Below are positions 1 to 9,711 of a DNA stretch of 64,000 nt, one piece after another. Source of the DNA: Polyangia bacterium (GTDB taxonomy: Bacteria > Myxococcota_A > Polyangia > Palsa-1104); NCBI GenBank assembly GCA_039923495.1, contig JBDTCO010000006.1, forward strand, positions 35,066 to 99,065. The letters run 5' to 3'. The translations under genes were made by a program, and so were the position numbers. The notes beneath the pieces are model-generated. The model saw only the letters and a list, made by a program, of their open reading frames with translations, was not told the DNA's origin and searched no databases. Numbering within the stretch: the stretch's first letter is position 1; every line of letters begins with the position of its first letter.

Positions 1-234
1 CAAGACTGGCGGCGCCTCGAGTCGGGCATGAACGCGAGCCACCTCAAGCACGGCGTGCTCCTGCGTGCCTACCTCACGAGCATCGTCGGCGGTGCGCGTG
101 GCGAGGGCAACGCGACGCCATGGCTCATGCAGCTCCGCACCAGCCCTGCGTCCGACACCGCGTTCATGTACGACGCGTGGCCCGAGCTCGCGACGTGGGT
201 GCAGGCGCAGGGCCTCGCCGCGCGCGCAGCCTAG
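1..234 (+). CDS. hypothetical protein, 5'-truncated at window edge
   Basis: ORF 28..234 stays open in frame back to nt 1 with no upstream stop; no recognisable family. Confidence 0.35.
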   Translation, partial: QDWRRLESGMNASHLKHGVLLRAYLTSIVGGARGEGNATPWLMQLRTSPASDTAFMYDAWPELATWVQAQGLAARAA

Positions 235-458
235 CGAGCGACCCGCGCGTGGCCGTCCCTTACGCATAGGCGAGCGCCAAGCTCGCCGTCTCGACGCGGC
301 TCATCAGGCCGGGCGTCGCATCCCGTCACTCCTCTTGCAGCGCGACACGATCCGGACATCGATGTCGTGGCCGGACCGGGGTGTCCGACCCGTGTCGCCT
401 CGCCGCGACTGATCGCGCACACCTGGCCACGAGCACGCGCCTTGCTCCAGGAAGTGGC

Positions 459-935
459 ATGCGGCTCTGCTTCTTCGCGTTCCTGCTCGTGGCCTGTGGT
501 GGTGCTCCGCCCGCGCCGGCGCACGCGCTCACGCTCGACGGGCTCGCTGCCGATGGGAGCGCCGCGCCACTGGTGGAGGGTCAGGAGGTCACGCTCGTCG
601 AGGGCGCGCAAGGTGGCTTCCACGTGTGGCTGCGGTACGCGTACGACGGCATCCCCGGCACGGACGCGACGCTCACGCGCACCGCGCACCGGGTGTCGGA
701 CGACGTGCTCGTGCTGCGCTCCACGGCCGATACCACCATCGAGGCGCTGAGCGAGCCGCTGCCGATGTTCATGTGTCCGAGCCCCGTCGGCATCGACGTC
801 ATCGACACGCCCATCGCCTACACGCTCGATCTCACCGACGGGGTGGGCACCGAGCTCGCGAAGGGGACCATCACGCTCGTCCCGCGTTGCCCCGTCGACG
901 AAGCCACGTTCTGTCAGCAGATCTGCACCGGTTGA
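459..935 (+). CDS. hypothetical lipoprotein
   Basis: Internal Met of ORF 381..935 opens a signal peptide MRLCFFAFLLVACGG with lipobox-like LVAC; no family recognised. Confidence 0.5.
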   Translation: MRLCFFAFLLVACGGAPPAPAHALTLDGLAADGSAAPLVEGQEVTLVEGAQGGFHVWLRYAYDGIPGTDATLTRTAHRVSDDVLVLRSTADTTIEALSEPLPMFMCPSPVGIDVIDTPIAYTLDLTDGVGTELAKGTITLVPRCPVDEATFCQQICTG

Positions 936-963
936 AGTCCCCCCGCTCGCTCGTAGGAGACCC

Positions 964-2658
964 ATGAACAAGCCCTGGAAGACAGCTCTCGCGCTCTCGG
1001 CGTTGCTGATGTCGCACGCGCCACGCCTCCTTGCGTGTGGTTGCTTCGCGCCGCCCAGCCCCGCGACGCCGGTCGTGCAAGCCGGCGAGCGCATCCTGTT
1101 CGCGCAGGATGGCGCGAACGTCACCGCGTACATCCAGCTCCAGTACCAGGGGGCGGCCGCGGACTTCGGCTGGCTCGTGCCCCTGCCCTCGGTGCCGACG
1201 CTGGAGGTGGGCTCGGACGAACTCTTCACGCAGCTCCTCGCCACGACGAGCCCGTCGTACGTCCTGTCCACCACGCGCGATTTCTGTGGCGGCGGCTCGT
1301 CGACATCGGTCGGCTGCGGCGGCGCCACGAGCCTCAACAGCGCGGGGAGCGCGACCTCGGCGGACGCCGGCGCGTTCGTGTCCGACGCCGGCACCAGCTC
1401 CGGCAGCCCGCTCGTGCTCTCGTCGAGCATCGGGCCGTACGACTACGCGGTGCTCAAGGCCGACAACAAGACGACGATGCTCGACTGGCTGACGGCCAAC
1501 CACTACTACGTGCCGGACGCGACGGGCACGGCGGTGACGCCGTACATCCACCCGGGCGCGTACTTCCTCGCGCTCAAGCTCGCGTCGGGCGAGGCGGCGG
1601 GCAACGTCGTGCCGATCGTGCTGCGCTACGAGTCGGACCTGCCAATGGTGCCGATCACGCTGACGCAGGTCGGCGCGATCCCCGACATGGGCATCCTCGT
1701 GTGGCTGCTCGGCGATGCGCGCGCCATCCCGCGCAACTACTACAGCGTGGTCCTCGACGAGATGCCGGTGTGGAACGACGTCACCACGTATCCGGCCGCG
1801 GCGATCCGCGCGGTGCACGACGCACCCAAGCGCCACGCCTTCTTGACCGAGTACGCAGGCCCGAGCTCCGTGATGGCCAACCAGCTCGACTACCCCGGCC
1901 GCTTCGGCAACCTCGCGCAGGCGCGCACGCTCACGAACCCGTACGACTACCTGGGGTTCCTTCGCTACAACGGTTTCACCTACGACTCGACGCTGTTCGC
2001 CATCCTCGAGAAGTACGTCCCGGAGCCGGCGTCCGCGATAGCGCAGGGCGTCTCGGAGGCACAGTACTACGCGTCCGCGTATCAGTACCTCTCGCCCGAG
2101 GCCCTCGATGCGGGCACCACCCCCTTCGACGCGGGCGCGCTGACCGATGAGATCACGAGCCGCATCGTCGTCCCCGACCAGCAGGCGTCGAAGCTGTTCT
2201 CCTCGTACCCGTACCTGACGCGCATGTACACTGCGCTGTCGCCGGCGGACATGAACGTCGATCCGGTGTTCAGCCAGAACCCGGATCTCCCCGAGGTGCC
2301 GCTCGTCCACTCGGCGCAGCTCACGTATCCCTGCGAGGGCGATGCATGGTTGCGCACCGACTCCGGCGAAGAGGCACAGTTCCTGTCCGGCACGCTCCGC
2401 ACGAGCAAGACGTTGCCGGGCGCGCTCCGCGTGGAGACGCTGCGCGAGGAAGGCCCGCCACTCGTCGTCACCGACAACAGCGCGAGCATCACCGCCGCGC
2501 TCGGCAAGGTCAGCCACGGCAGCTCGCCGGACTCCAGCTCGCATGGCGCCGGCAGTGGCTGCGACGTGCGTAGCCGCTTCCCGCGCAGCGCGGCCGGCAC
2601 GGCGCTGCTCGTCGCGGGCGCCATTTACTTGTCGCGTCGTCGTCGGAAGGTCGCGTGA
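964..2658 (+). CDS. secreted protein with MYXO-CTERM-type C-terminal sorting signal
   Basis: AGGAG RBS at about 951-955; N-terminal signal peptide; C-terminus GSGCDVRSRF...TALLVAGAIYLSRRRRKVA (Gly-Cys motif, TM helix, basic cluster) matches the Myxococcales MYXO-CTERM pattern. Confidence 0.65.
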   Translation: MNKPWKTALALSALLMSHAPRLLACGCFAPPSPATPVVQAGERILFAQDGANVTAYIQLQYQGAAADFGWLVPLPSVPTLEVGSDELFTQLLATTSPSYVLSTTRDFCGGGSSTSVGCGGATSLNSAGSATSADAGAFVSDAGTSSGSPLVLSSSIGPYDYAVLKADNKTTMLDWLTANHYYVPDATGTAVTPYIHPGAYFLALKLASGEAAGNVVPIVLRYESDLPMVPITLTQVGAIPDMGILVWLLGDARAIPRNYYSVVLDEMPVWNDVTTYPAAAIRAVHDAPKRHAFLTEYAGPSSVMANQLDYPGRFGNLAQARTLTNPYDYLGFLRYNGFTYDSTLFAILEKYVPEPASAIAQGVSEAQYYASAYQYLSPEALDAGTTPFDAGALTDEITSRIVVPDQQASKLFSSYPYLTRMYTALSPADMNVDPVFSQNPDLPEVPLVHSAQLTYPCEGDAWLRTDSGEEAQFLSGTLRTSKTLPGALRVETLREEGPPLVVTDNSASITAALGKVSHGSSPDSSSHGAGSGCDVRSRFPRSAAGTALLVAGAIYLSRRRRKVA

Positions 2659-5426
2659 TGAAGGCGCTCGCGCTGTCGCTGCTCGTCGGGCTCTGCGCCT
2701 GCGAGGGAGCACCCCCCACGTGGTCGGCGGTGACCCCGGCCCCGCTCGCCGAGGCGCTGCTCTCGGTCGGCGGCACGAGCGCGAGCGACGTGTGGGCGGT
2801 CGGGTCCGACAAGGGCTCGGGTCCGATCGTCCTGCACTTCGATGGCAGCACCTGGTCGCGCATCGCGACCAACACACGCGGCACGCTGTGGTGGGTCCAC
2901 GCCTTTGCCGATGGCACCGTGTACGCCGCGGGCGCGGGCGCCACGATCCTGCGCTGGGACGGCACCGCGTTCTCGCGCATGACCACACCCGGACTCGCCG
3001 CAGCGACGGTGTTCGGGGTGTGGGGCCGCAGCCCTTATGACGCATATGCCGTCGGTAGCGTCTCGGGCCGCGACGGCTTCGTGTGGCACTGGGATGGGAC
3101 CACGTGGGCAGTCGTCGACGTTCCGCACGACCTGCGCGGCGACACGAGCGAGGCCCCTGGCTTCTTCAAGGTCGCGGGCGATGCGACACATGTGTTCGTC
3201 GTCGGCGCGCACGGCAACCTCTTGCAACGCGACGGGGACGGCCCGTTCTCGCCGATCGCGACGGCCACCACGGACACGCTCTACACGGTGGCCACCGATG
3301 GCGATCACCACGCAGAGGTGGGTGGCGGCGCGACGGGCGTGCTCATCGATGACGCGCGAACCTCGACCCCGGTCGACGCGGGTCTTTTGCAAGGCCTCGC
3401 GTTCGGGCCGGGCGGCGCGGCGATCGCCACCGGCGCGGACGGCGCGATCTACGAGCGCTCGTCGAGCGGGTGGGCACGTCAGCACACCGGCCTTGCGATG
3501 AACATCGAGTCGCTGCACGCCGCCTGGATCGATCCTGACGGCGGTCAGTGGGCGGTCGGTGGCAACGTGCTGTCCTCGAGCCTCGACGGCGGCGTGTTGC
3601 TCCACCGCGGCGCGACCATCGCTGGCTACGCGGAGGTGCTCCCCGACATGGGTCCGCCGTCCACCGCGTGTCCCGAGGACCAGATCGATCCCCAGCCCGA
3701 GCGCTCGATCGCGCGCCGCTGGGACGAGCAGATCCTCGGCGCGATTCGCAGGGACGTGCCGCGCCCGACCGTGCACGCGCGCAACCTCTTCCACGTGTCG
3801 GCCGCGATGTGGGACGCGTGGGCCACGTACGACACCGTGGCAGATGGTGTGTTCTTCCACGAGCGTCACGTCGGCGCGCAGGTCGACCGCGAGCAGGCGC
3901 TCAGCTACGCGGCCTATCGCCTGCTCCAGCACCGCTACACGGGACAGGTCGGCGGCGCGGTGTCCAACGCGTGCTTCGACGCGTTCTTCGCGCGGCTCGG
4001 GTACGACGCGACGATCACCACCCCCGACGGAGATGCTCCGGCCGCCATCGGCAATCGCATCGCCGCGACGATCATCGCTGCGACCGTGGACGACGGCGCG
4101 AACGAGGCGAACAACTACGCCGACGAGACGGGCTTCGTCGCCGCGAACCCTCCGCTCTTCATCGATCTGCCCGGCACGACGATGACCGCTCCGGACGAGT
4201 GGCAGCCGCTCAACCTCGCGGTGGCCGAGACGCAGAACGGCCTCCTCGTCAGCTCCGGCGTGCAGTCGTACGTGGGCTCGAACTGGGATCGCGTCACGCC
4301 GTTCTCGCTCTCGCGTCCGTCGTCGGATGTGGCGTACTTCGACACCGGTCTCACGCCGACGGCCGCGCAGCCGGAGATGAAGGACTGGCTCGTCGACGTC
4401 CTCTCGAAGCAGGCGTGGCTCGATGCGAGCGACGGCGTCACGGTCGATCTGTCACCGGGCACGCTCGGCAACGACACGCTCGGCACCAACGATGGGCATG
4501 GTCGCGCGCTCAACCCGATCACGGGCGCGCCGTACGTTGCGCAGCCTGCGCTGCGTGGAGACTTCGGTCGCGTGCTCGCGGAGTTCTGGGCCGATGGTCC
4601 GAGCTCGGAGACGCCGCCGGGCCACTGGAACGTCATCGCCAACCAGGTGACCGATAGCGCGGGGTTTGCGCGTCGGCTCGGCGGCACCGGTGCATCGCTC
4701 GAGCCGCTCGAGTGGGACGTGAAGGTCTACCTCGCGCTCAACGGCGCGGTGCACGACGCGGCGATCACGTCGTGGGGAACGAAGCGCCGCACCACGACCG
4801 CGCGGCCGATCTCGCTCATCCGCTACATGGCCGGACTCGGTCAGTCGTCGGACCCGTCGCTGCCGCACTACGATGTGAACGGCCTCCCGCTCGTGTCCGG
4901 GCTCATCGAGCTCATCACGCCGCAGAGCTGCGCGCCGGGGCAGCGTCACGCACGGCTCGCGCGCCACACAGGGGAGCTCGCGATCTTCGCGTGGCGCGGC
5001 GAGCCCGGAGATCGCGTGCACCAGACGGCCGGCATCGGCTGGGTGCGCGCGCTCGAGTGGCTGCCGTATCAGCGCCGCACGTTCGTGACGCCGGCGTTCC
5101 CCGGCTTCACGTCGGGACACAGCACGTTCAGTCGCGCGGCCGCCGAGGTGCTCACCACGCTCACCGGCAGCGAGTACTTCCCCGGCGGCCTCGGGCAGTA
5201 CATCGCCAAGCAGGGCAGCCTCAAGTTCGAGGAAGGACCGACCGCGGATGTGCACCTGCAGTGGGCCACGTACTACGACGCCGCCGATCAGGCCGGACAG
5301 TCTCGTCTGTGGGGCGGCATCCACCTCGCGTCCGACGACTTCATCGGCCGGATCACAGGCAGCCTCGCGGGCAAGGCTGCTACCGCGCTGGCGATGAAGT
5401 TCTTCGCCGGCACCGCGCTTCCGTAG
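2655..5426 (+). CDS. lipoprotein with N-terminal WxDG-repeat beta-propeller-like region and C-terminal vanadium-haloperoxidase/PAP2-type domain
   Basis: Start GTG 2655 or ATG 2658 overlaps the upstream stop (GTGATGA); signal peptide MMKALALSLLVGLCAC; repeated W-DG-T-W blocks; C-terminal motifs K-x6-RP (KRRTTTARP), PGFTSGHS and SRLWGGIHLASD fit the PAP2/vanadium haloperoxidase signature. Confidence 0.65.
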   Translation: MMKALALSLLVGLCACEGAPPTWSAVTPAPLAEALLSVGGTSASDVWAVGSDKGSGPIVLHFDGSTWSRIATNTRGTLWWVHAFADGTVYAAGAGATILRWDGTAFSRMTTPGLAAATVFGVWGRSPYDAYAVGSVSGRDGFVWHWDGTTWAVVDVPHDLRGDTSEAPGFFKVAGDATHVFVVGAHGNLLQRDGDGPFSPIATATTDTLYTVATDGDHHAEVGGGATGVLIDDARTSTPVDAGLLQGLAFGPGGAAIATGADGAIYERSSSGWARQHTGLAMNIESLHAAWIDPDGGQWAVGGNVLSSSLDGGVLLHRGATIAGYAEVLPDMGPPSTACPEDQIDPQPERSIARRWDEQILGAIRRDVPRPTVHARNLFHVSAAMWDAWATYDTVADGVFFHERHVGAQVDREQALSYAAYRLLQHRYTGQVGGAVSNACFDAFFARLGYDATITTPDGDAPAAIGNRIAATIIAATVDDGANEANNYADETGFVAANPPLFIDLPGTTMTAPDEWQPLNLAVAETQNGLLVSSGVQSYVGSNWDRVTPFSLSRPSSDVAYFDTGLTPTAAQPEMKDWLVDVLSKQAWLDASDGVTVDLSPGTLGNDTLGTNDGHGRALNPITGAPYVAQPALRGDFGRVLAEFWADGPSSETPPGHWNVIANQVTDSAGFARRLGGTGASLEPLEWDVKVYLALNGAVHDAAITSWGTKRRTTTARPISLIRYMAGLGQSSDPSLPHYDVNGLPLVSGLIELITPQSCAPGQRHARLARHTGELAIFAWRGEPGDRVHQTAGIGWVRALEWLPYQRRTFVTPAFPGFTSGHSTFSRAAAEVLTTLTGSEYFPGGLGQYIAKQGSLKFEEGPTADVHLQWATYYDAADQAGQSRLWGGIHLASDDFIGRITGSLAGKAATALAMKFFAGTALP

Positions 5427-5478
5427 CGCTACTTACCGCCGCGCTGGTACTTCGTCACCGCCGCCTCGTGGGACGATC

Positions 5479-5503
5479 GAGGGGGACGTTCCCGTTCCCC
5501 CTC
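5479..5503. terminator. GC-rich hairpin between convergent genes (candidate bidirectional terminator)
   Basis: gagggggacgttcccgttccccctc forms a 7-bp stem gaggggg/ccccctc between the stops at 5426 (+) and 5560 (-). Confidence 0.4.
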
Positions 5504-5559
5504 CAGCAGCAAAGCTGCCGGAGCCTTCCCCCACCGCGCGTTTCTCGCGCGAGTCAGCG

Positions 5560-6651
5560 CTACTTACCGCCGCGCTGGTACTTCGTCACCGCCGCCTCGT
5601 GCTCTGCCACGGTCTTCGAGAAGTAGTGCGTGCCGTCGTTCTTCGACACGAAGTACAGGTACGGCGTGTCGTCGGGCTCGATGGCCGCGAGCAGCGCGGC
5701 GCGGCCGGGGTTCGAGATGGGGCCGGGCGGCAGCCCCGTGTGCTGGTACGTGTTGTACGGGTTGTCCTTGTCGTCGAGCTGCGCCCTGCGGAGGCGGCCC
5801 TCGAAGGTCGCGCACGCGGCGCTCTTGTCCTTCGGCACGGTGCAGCCGTAGACGATGGTGGGATCGGTCTGCAGCACGTGCGGCACGAACGTCGGCAGCC
5901 GAAGGCGGTTGTAGAAGACGCCGGCGATGCGAGGGCGCTCGTCGACGGCGGCGGTCTCCTTCTCGACGAGCGACGCCATGAGCACGAGCTCGCGATCGTC
6001 CATCTTGTCGAGCTTCGCGCGCAGGGCGACGGACTTGGCGTGCGTGGCCTTGAGGGCGTCGAAGACCTCGTGCGCGCGCCTCACGAGCGCGGTCGCGATG
6101 CGCAGCGCCGACGTCCCGCGAGGGAACCTGTACGTGTCGGGGAAGAGGTAGCCCTCGAGCGTCGGGCCCGGCACCCCGAGCCGCTGCGCCACCTGCGGAT
6201 CGCGCGCGACCTTCTCGAAGTCCTCCTTCGCGCACACGCCGGCCTCGTCGAAGAGCTCCGCGACCTGCACGAGGTTCTTGCCCTCGGGCAGCGTGACGGC
6301 GACCTCCTCGACGGGGACGCCCTCGATGAGCCGCGCGAGGATCTCGGACGGCGTCATGCTCGACGACAGCACGAACTGCCCCGCCTTCACCTTCTGAGAG
6401 AGGCCGCGCTCGTTCGCGTAGAAGCGGAACCAGCTCGGGTGCGTGATGAGCTTGGAATACGCGAGCCGGCGCGCGATCACCGCGAGCGTCGTGCCGCGCT
6501 CGATGATGATCTTCGCCTCGACGGCCGGCCCCGGCATCGCGCGCGACGGATACGACAGCGCCTGGTATGCGATGGCGCCCGCACCTGCGAACAGCGCCAC
6601 GGCGCTGAGTCCGACGACGATCGCCGCCTTCTTCTGATCAGCCACGCTCAC
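5560..6651 (-). CDS. mltG: endolytic murein transglycosylase MltG (YceG family)
   Basis: 363 aa with N-terminal TM anchor and a YceG-like body; 4-nt overlap with upstream ruvX, the conserved ruvX-mltG arrangement. Confidence 0.85.
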   Translation of the reverse strand: MSVADQKKAAIVVGLSAVALFAGAGAIAYQALSYPSRAMPGPAVEAKIIIERGTTLAVIARRLAYSKLITHPSWFRFYANERGLSQKVKAGQFVLSSSMTPSEILARLIEGVPVEEVAVTLPEGKNLVQVAELFDEAGVCAKEDFEKVARDPQVAQRLGVPGPTLEGYLFPDTYRFPRGTSALRIATALVRRAHEVFDALKATHAKSVALRAKLDKMDDRELVLMASLVEKETAAVDERPRIAGVFYNRLRLPTFVPHVLQTDPTIVYGCTVPKDKSAACATFEGRLRRAQLDDKDNPYNTYQHTGLPPGPISNPGRAALLAAIEPDDTPYLYFVSKNDGTHYFSKTVAEHEAAVTKYQRGGK

Positions 6652-7115
6652 TCCGGATCTCCATCATCCACCATGCTGGCACCGCGCTTCGTGTCGAGCC
6701 ACGCCGTGAGGATGACCTGCGCGGCCATGGAGTCGATGAGCTCCTTGCGACGCGCGCGCGACAGATCGGCCTCCATCAGCGTGGACGTGGCCTCCACCGT
6801 CGAGAAGCGCTCGTCCTGCGTCTCGACCGCGAAGCCCGCCTGCACGAGCGCGTCGATGAGCACGCGCACGCGGACCGCGCGGGGCCCCTCGTTGCCGTCG
6901 AGATCGTAGGGCATGCCGACGACGAGGGAGCGCGTCGAGTACTGCTTCGCGAGCTGCTCGACCTGCACGACGTCGCCACGCGTGCCCTTGCGATCGAGCG
7001 TCTTTATCGCGTGCGCGCACACGTTCAGCTCGTCGGTGACCGCGATGCCGATGGTCTTCGAGCCCACGTCGAGACCGAGCACGCGACCGGGTGGGAGTGC
7101 GGAGGGAGACGCCAC
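6648..7115 (-). CDS. ruvX: Holliday junction resolvase-like protein RuvX/YqgF
   Basis: 155 aa; VLGLDVGSKTIGIAVTD RNase H-fold motif typical of YqgF; overlaps mltG by 4 nt. Confidence 0.85.
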   Translation of the reverse strand: MASPSALPPGRVLGLDVGSKTIGIAVTDELNVCAHAIKTLDRKGTRGDVVQVEQLAKQYSTRSLVVGMPYDLDGNEGPRAVRVRVLIDALVQAGFAVETQDERFSTVEATSTLMEADLSRARRKELIDSMAAQVILTAWLDTKRGASMVDDGDPE

Positions 7116-7181
7116 GCGACCGCGTTATACGACAGCGCCCGCGCCTTGACAGCACCCGGCGCGTCGGTAGGCTCCGAAGTC

Positions 7182-7478
7182 ATGAGCGACGACGGCCAGA
7201 AGGCGGGTTCGCCTCGGATCCAGCTCCACATGGACGACTCGGTGTCGCAGGGGACGTACTCGAACCTGGTCGTGATCAACCACACCGAGAACGAGTTCGT
7301 CGTCGACTTCGCATATCTTCAGCCCCAGAGCCAGCACGCCAAGGTGCGCTCGCGCATCATCTCGAGCCCGCGCCACACGAAGCGCATGCTGCTCGCGCTG
7401 CAGAAGAACCTCGAGCGCTACGAGGCCCGCTACGGGGTCGTCGAGCTCTCCACCGACGACGACCCCATCATTCACTGA
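7182..7478 (+). CDS. DUF3467-family small protein
   Basis: 98 aa from internal Met of ORF 7011..7478; IQLHMDDSVSQGTYSNLVVINHTENEFVVDFAYLQP...AKVRSRIISSPRHTKRMLLALQKNLERYE matches DUF3467; divergent from ruvX. Confidence 0.6.
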   Translation: MSDDGQKAGSPRIQLHMDDSVSQGTYSNLVVINHTENEFVVDFAYLQPQSQHAKVRSRIISSPRHTKRMLLALQKNLERYEARYGVVELSTDDDPIIH

Positions 7479-8344
7479 GCAGCGGGCTCGAGGAACGTGA
7501 GCCGGCCAGGCTCCACCCGCACGCGGGCGCCGTGTGCGAGCGCGCGGTTGCGGGAGCCGTGACCGACGGGCAGCCCCGTCAGGATCGGGACGCCGAGCCC
7601 GCGCAGGCGCTCGGTCACGACCTCGAGCGCCGTCGGGCCTTCGGGTGCGTTGCAGTCCACGAGGTCACCGACCACGATGGCCACCACGCCGTCGAGCGCG
7701 CCGGTGAGGAGGAGCTGCGTGAGCTGGCGATCGATGCGGTACGGTCGCTCGCCGATCTCCTCGAGCAGCAGCACGTTGCCGCGCAGGGCGTAGGCCCACG
7801 GCGTGCCGACGAGGCTCGAGACGAGCTCGATGTTTCCCCCGACCAGGCATCCCTCGACGGTGGCCGAGGTGCCGGCGGAGTCGAGGCCCACGATCGGCGC
7901 GCCGAGGCTGCCTTCGAGCAGCGCCCACAGCGATGAGACGTCGTCGTCGGGAAGCTCGCCGAGCTGCGTGACGACCGGGCCGTGGACGCTGCGGACGCCG
8001 GCGCGTGCCATGACCGCGTGCAGCGCCGTGACGTCCGAGAAGCCGACGACGAGCTTGTCGGTGACCGGGGCCAGCCTGGCAAGGAGCCGCATGAGCCCGT
8101 AGCCGCCGCGCGCGCAGACGATCGCCTTTGCGTCGCTCGCGAAGGCGGCGTCGAGCTCGGCGAGGCGCGCGTCGTCGCCGCCCGCGAGGTAGCCGGTGCG
8201 CTCGAAGATGCGCGGCGTCGAGCGGACGTCGTAGCGTGCAGCGAGGCGCTCGAGCCCCGCTCGGTAGCGCGCCTCGGGGACGGGCCCCGATGGTGCGACG
8301 ACGACGATCGGATCGCCGGGCCGCAGCGCGGTGGGTGCGCGCAT
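7472..8344 (-). CDS. ldcA: LD-carboxypeptidase (peptidase S66, LdcA-like)
   Basis: Start at internal MRAPTALRPGDPIVVVAPSGP of ORF 7472..8587; nucleophile motif GFSDVTALH plus conserved E and H regions; about 290 aa as expected for LdcA. Confidence 0.75.
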   Translation of the reverse strand: MRAPTALRPGDPIVVVAPSGPVPEARYRAGLERLAARYDVRSTPRIFERTGYLAGGDDARLAELDAAFASDAKAIVCARGGYGLMRLLARLAPVTDKLVVGFSDVTALHAVMARAGVRSVHGPVVTQLGELPDDDVSSLWALLEGSLGAPIVGLDSAGTSATVEGCLVGGNIELVSSLVGTPWAYALRGNVLLLEEIGERPYRIDRQLTQLLLTGALDGVVAIVVGDLVDCNAPEGPTALEVVTERLRGLGVPILTGLPVGHGSRNRALAHGARVRVEPGRLTFLEPAAQ

Positions 8345-8349
8345 GGCGC

Positions 8350-8772
8350 TCAGCGACCGATGATGGTCTTGGCGGGACGACGACGCTTGCGCTTCGGATC
8401 GTCCGTCTTGCCGGAGCTGCCATCGGTGATGGCTTCCGGCGTGTCGGGCTCGGGGACCGGCTCCGCTGCGGCTGCGACGGGTGGCGTCATCGGAGCGGTG
8501 GGGATGTCGTCGATTGGTGTCGGTGTCGTCACGGCTGGCAGCACGGGAGCAGAGGTCGGCACCACCATGCCCTCTGACCAGAGCCACACACCCGACGTCG
8601 TGCCCTCTTCGACACGGGTCACGATGTGGAGCGTCTCGTCGACCAGCAAGGACGTGCCGACGGGCATCGGATCCGGGGTCGCGACGAAGCGCCCGAGTCG
8701 CGCATCTGTTCGCTCGGAGTCCTGGGCGTCTCCGAGCGTGACACCGAAGTAGCGAATCGTGGCCTGGCTCAT
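8350..8772 (-). CDS. hypothetical protein with Pro/Thr-rich linker and basic KRKRRRPAK tail
   Basis: C-terminal 141 aa of ORF 8350..9714 starting MSQATIRYFGV has protein-like composition while the upstream part is Arg/Ala-rich junk; ends 5 nt before ldcA. Confidence 0.4.
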   Translation of the reverse strand: MSQATIRYFGVTLGDAQDSERTDARLGRFVATPDPMPVGTSLLVDETLHIVTRVEEGTTSGVWLWSEGMVVPTSAPVLPAVTTPTPIDDIPTAPMTPPVAAAAEPVPEPDTPEAITDGSSGKTDDPKRKRRRPAKTIIGR

Positions 8773-9012
8773 TGCGGAGTCCACGCTAGCATCGCTGTCG
8801 AGATGGCAAAACTTTTGCGTATTTGCGACCCGGCTCGGCCTGCCGAGGGACCGAGCCGCGAACTCCCGGCAACAGCCCCGTCGTGAATTCTCGTTCACAC
8901 GACAGCACGAGTCGGCTACAAGCAATGGAGACCTTTCGTGTCGTCGGTGGCACGAGCACTGCTCTACTTGCCATCGGTTCTGCCCCGGTCCAACGCTCCA
9001 AGGAGCTCGTTC

Positions 9013-9711
9013 ATGCGGTCCACACTCGCGGTGCTCTCGGTCGTCCTCTTCGCTGCCGGCTGCAACCTCGGCAAGGAGTCGAACTACTCGTTCTGCGACT
9101 CGTCTGGCTGCTACACCTGCGACTCGAACGGTTGTATCGCCGCCACGCCGACCGATCCGAACGGCAACCCGATCGGCGACGGCTACTGCTACCAGGACAG
9201 TGACTGCCCGTCGGACAGCTTCTGCGACAACCGCTCTGGCTACTGCTACCCGGCGTACAGCTGCAGCGTCGACGCGGACTGCGGGCAGGGCATGGTGTGT
9301 GACGGACGGGACACGTGCGTCCCCGGCCCGAGCACCTGCAACGCGACCAGCCCGTGCGCCGAGGGCTGCTACTGTTCGAGCGGCAGCTGTGTGGAGACAA
9401 GCCTGTGCGCCTTCGACTCCGACTGCGAGTACCTCGGCTCGGGCTTCGCGTGCTCGAACGGCACCTGTGCGCCGGTCGCTACCGATGGTGGCACTGCGGA
9501 TGGGGGAACGGCAGACGGCGGCTCCGTCGGCAACAGCGACATGGGCTCGACCGATGGCGGCGTGTCCCCTGACGCCGGTCGCATGGCCTGCACGAGCGAC
9601 GGCGACTGCGCGTCGAGCGAGGTCTGCCACCATGGCTTCTGTCGCACGACGTGCGCCGTCGACTCCGACTGCAGCTCGGGCAAGTGCACGTCGAGCCACG
9701 TCTGCCGGTAA
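9013..9711 (+). CDS. Cys-rich secreted lipoprotein (myxobacterial cysteine-rich repeat type)
   Basis: AGGAG RBS at 9001-9005; signal MRSTLAVLSVVLFAAGC with lipobox; repeated C..DSDC...C...C modules; about 30 Cys in 232 aa. Confidence 0.6.
   Translation: MRSTLAVLSVVLFAAGCNLGKESNYSFCDSSGCYTCDSNGCIAATPTDPNGNPIGDGYCYQDSDCPSDSFCDNRSGYCYPAYSCSVDADCGQGMVCDGRDTCVPGPSTCNATSPCAEGCYCSSGSCVETSLCAFDSDCEYLGSGFACSNGTCAPVATDGGTADGGTADGGSVGNSDMGSTDGGVSPDAGRMACTSDGDCASSEVCHHGFCRTTCAVDSDCSSGKCTSSHVCR

Noticed and set aside
871-3045. 724-aa minus-strand ORF and similar very long ORFs (2625..3932 -, 12139..13800 -, 18442..20130 -, 40117..40926 +, 48942..51881 +, 54265..55842 -, 58107..60017 -)
   Set aside because: They are extremely Arg/Ala/Gly-rich with low-complexity composition, lie antisense to or overlap motif-bearing genes, and have no recognisable domains. 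They are typical high-GC open-frame artefacts.
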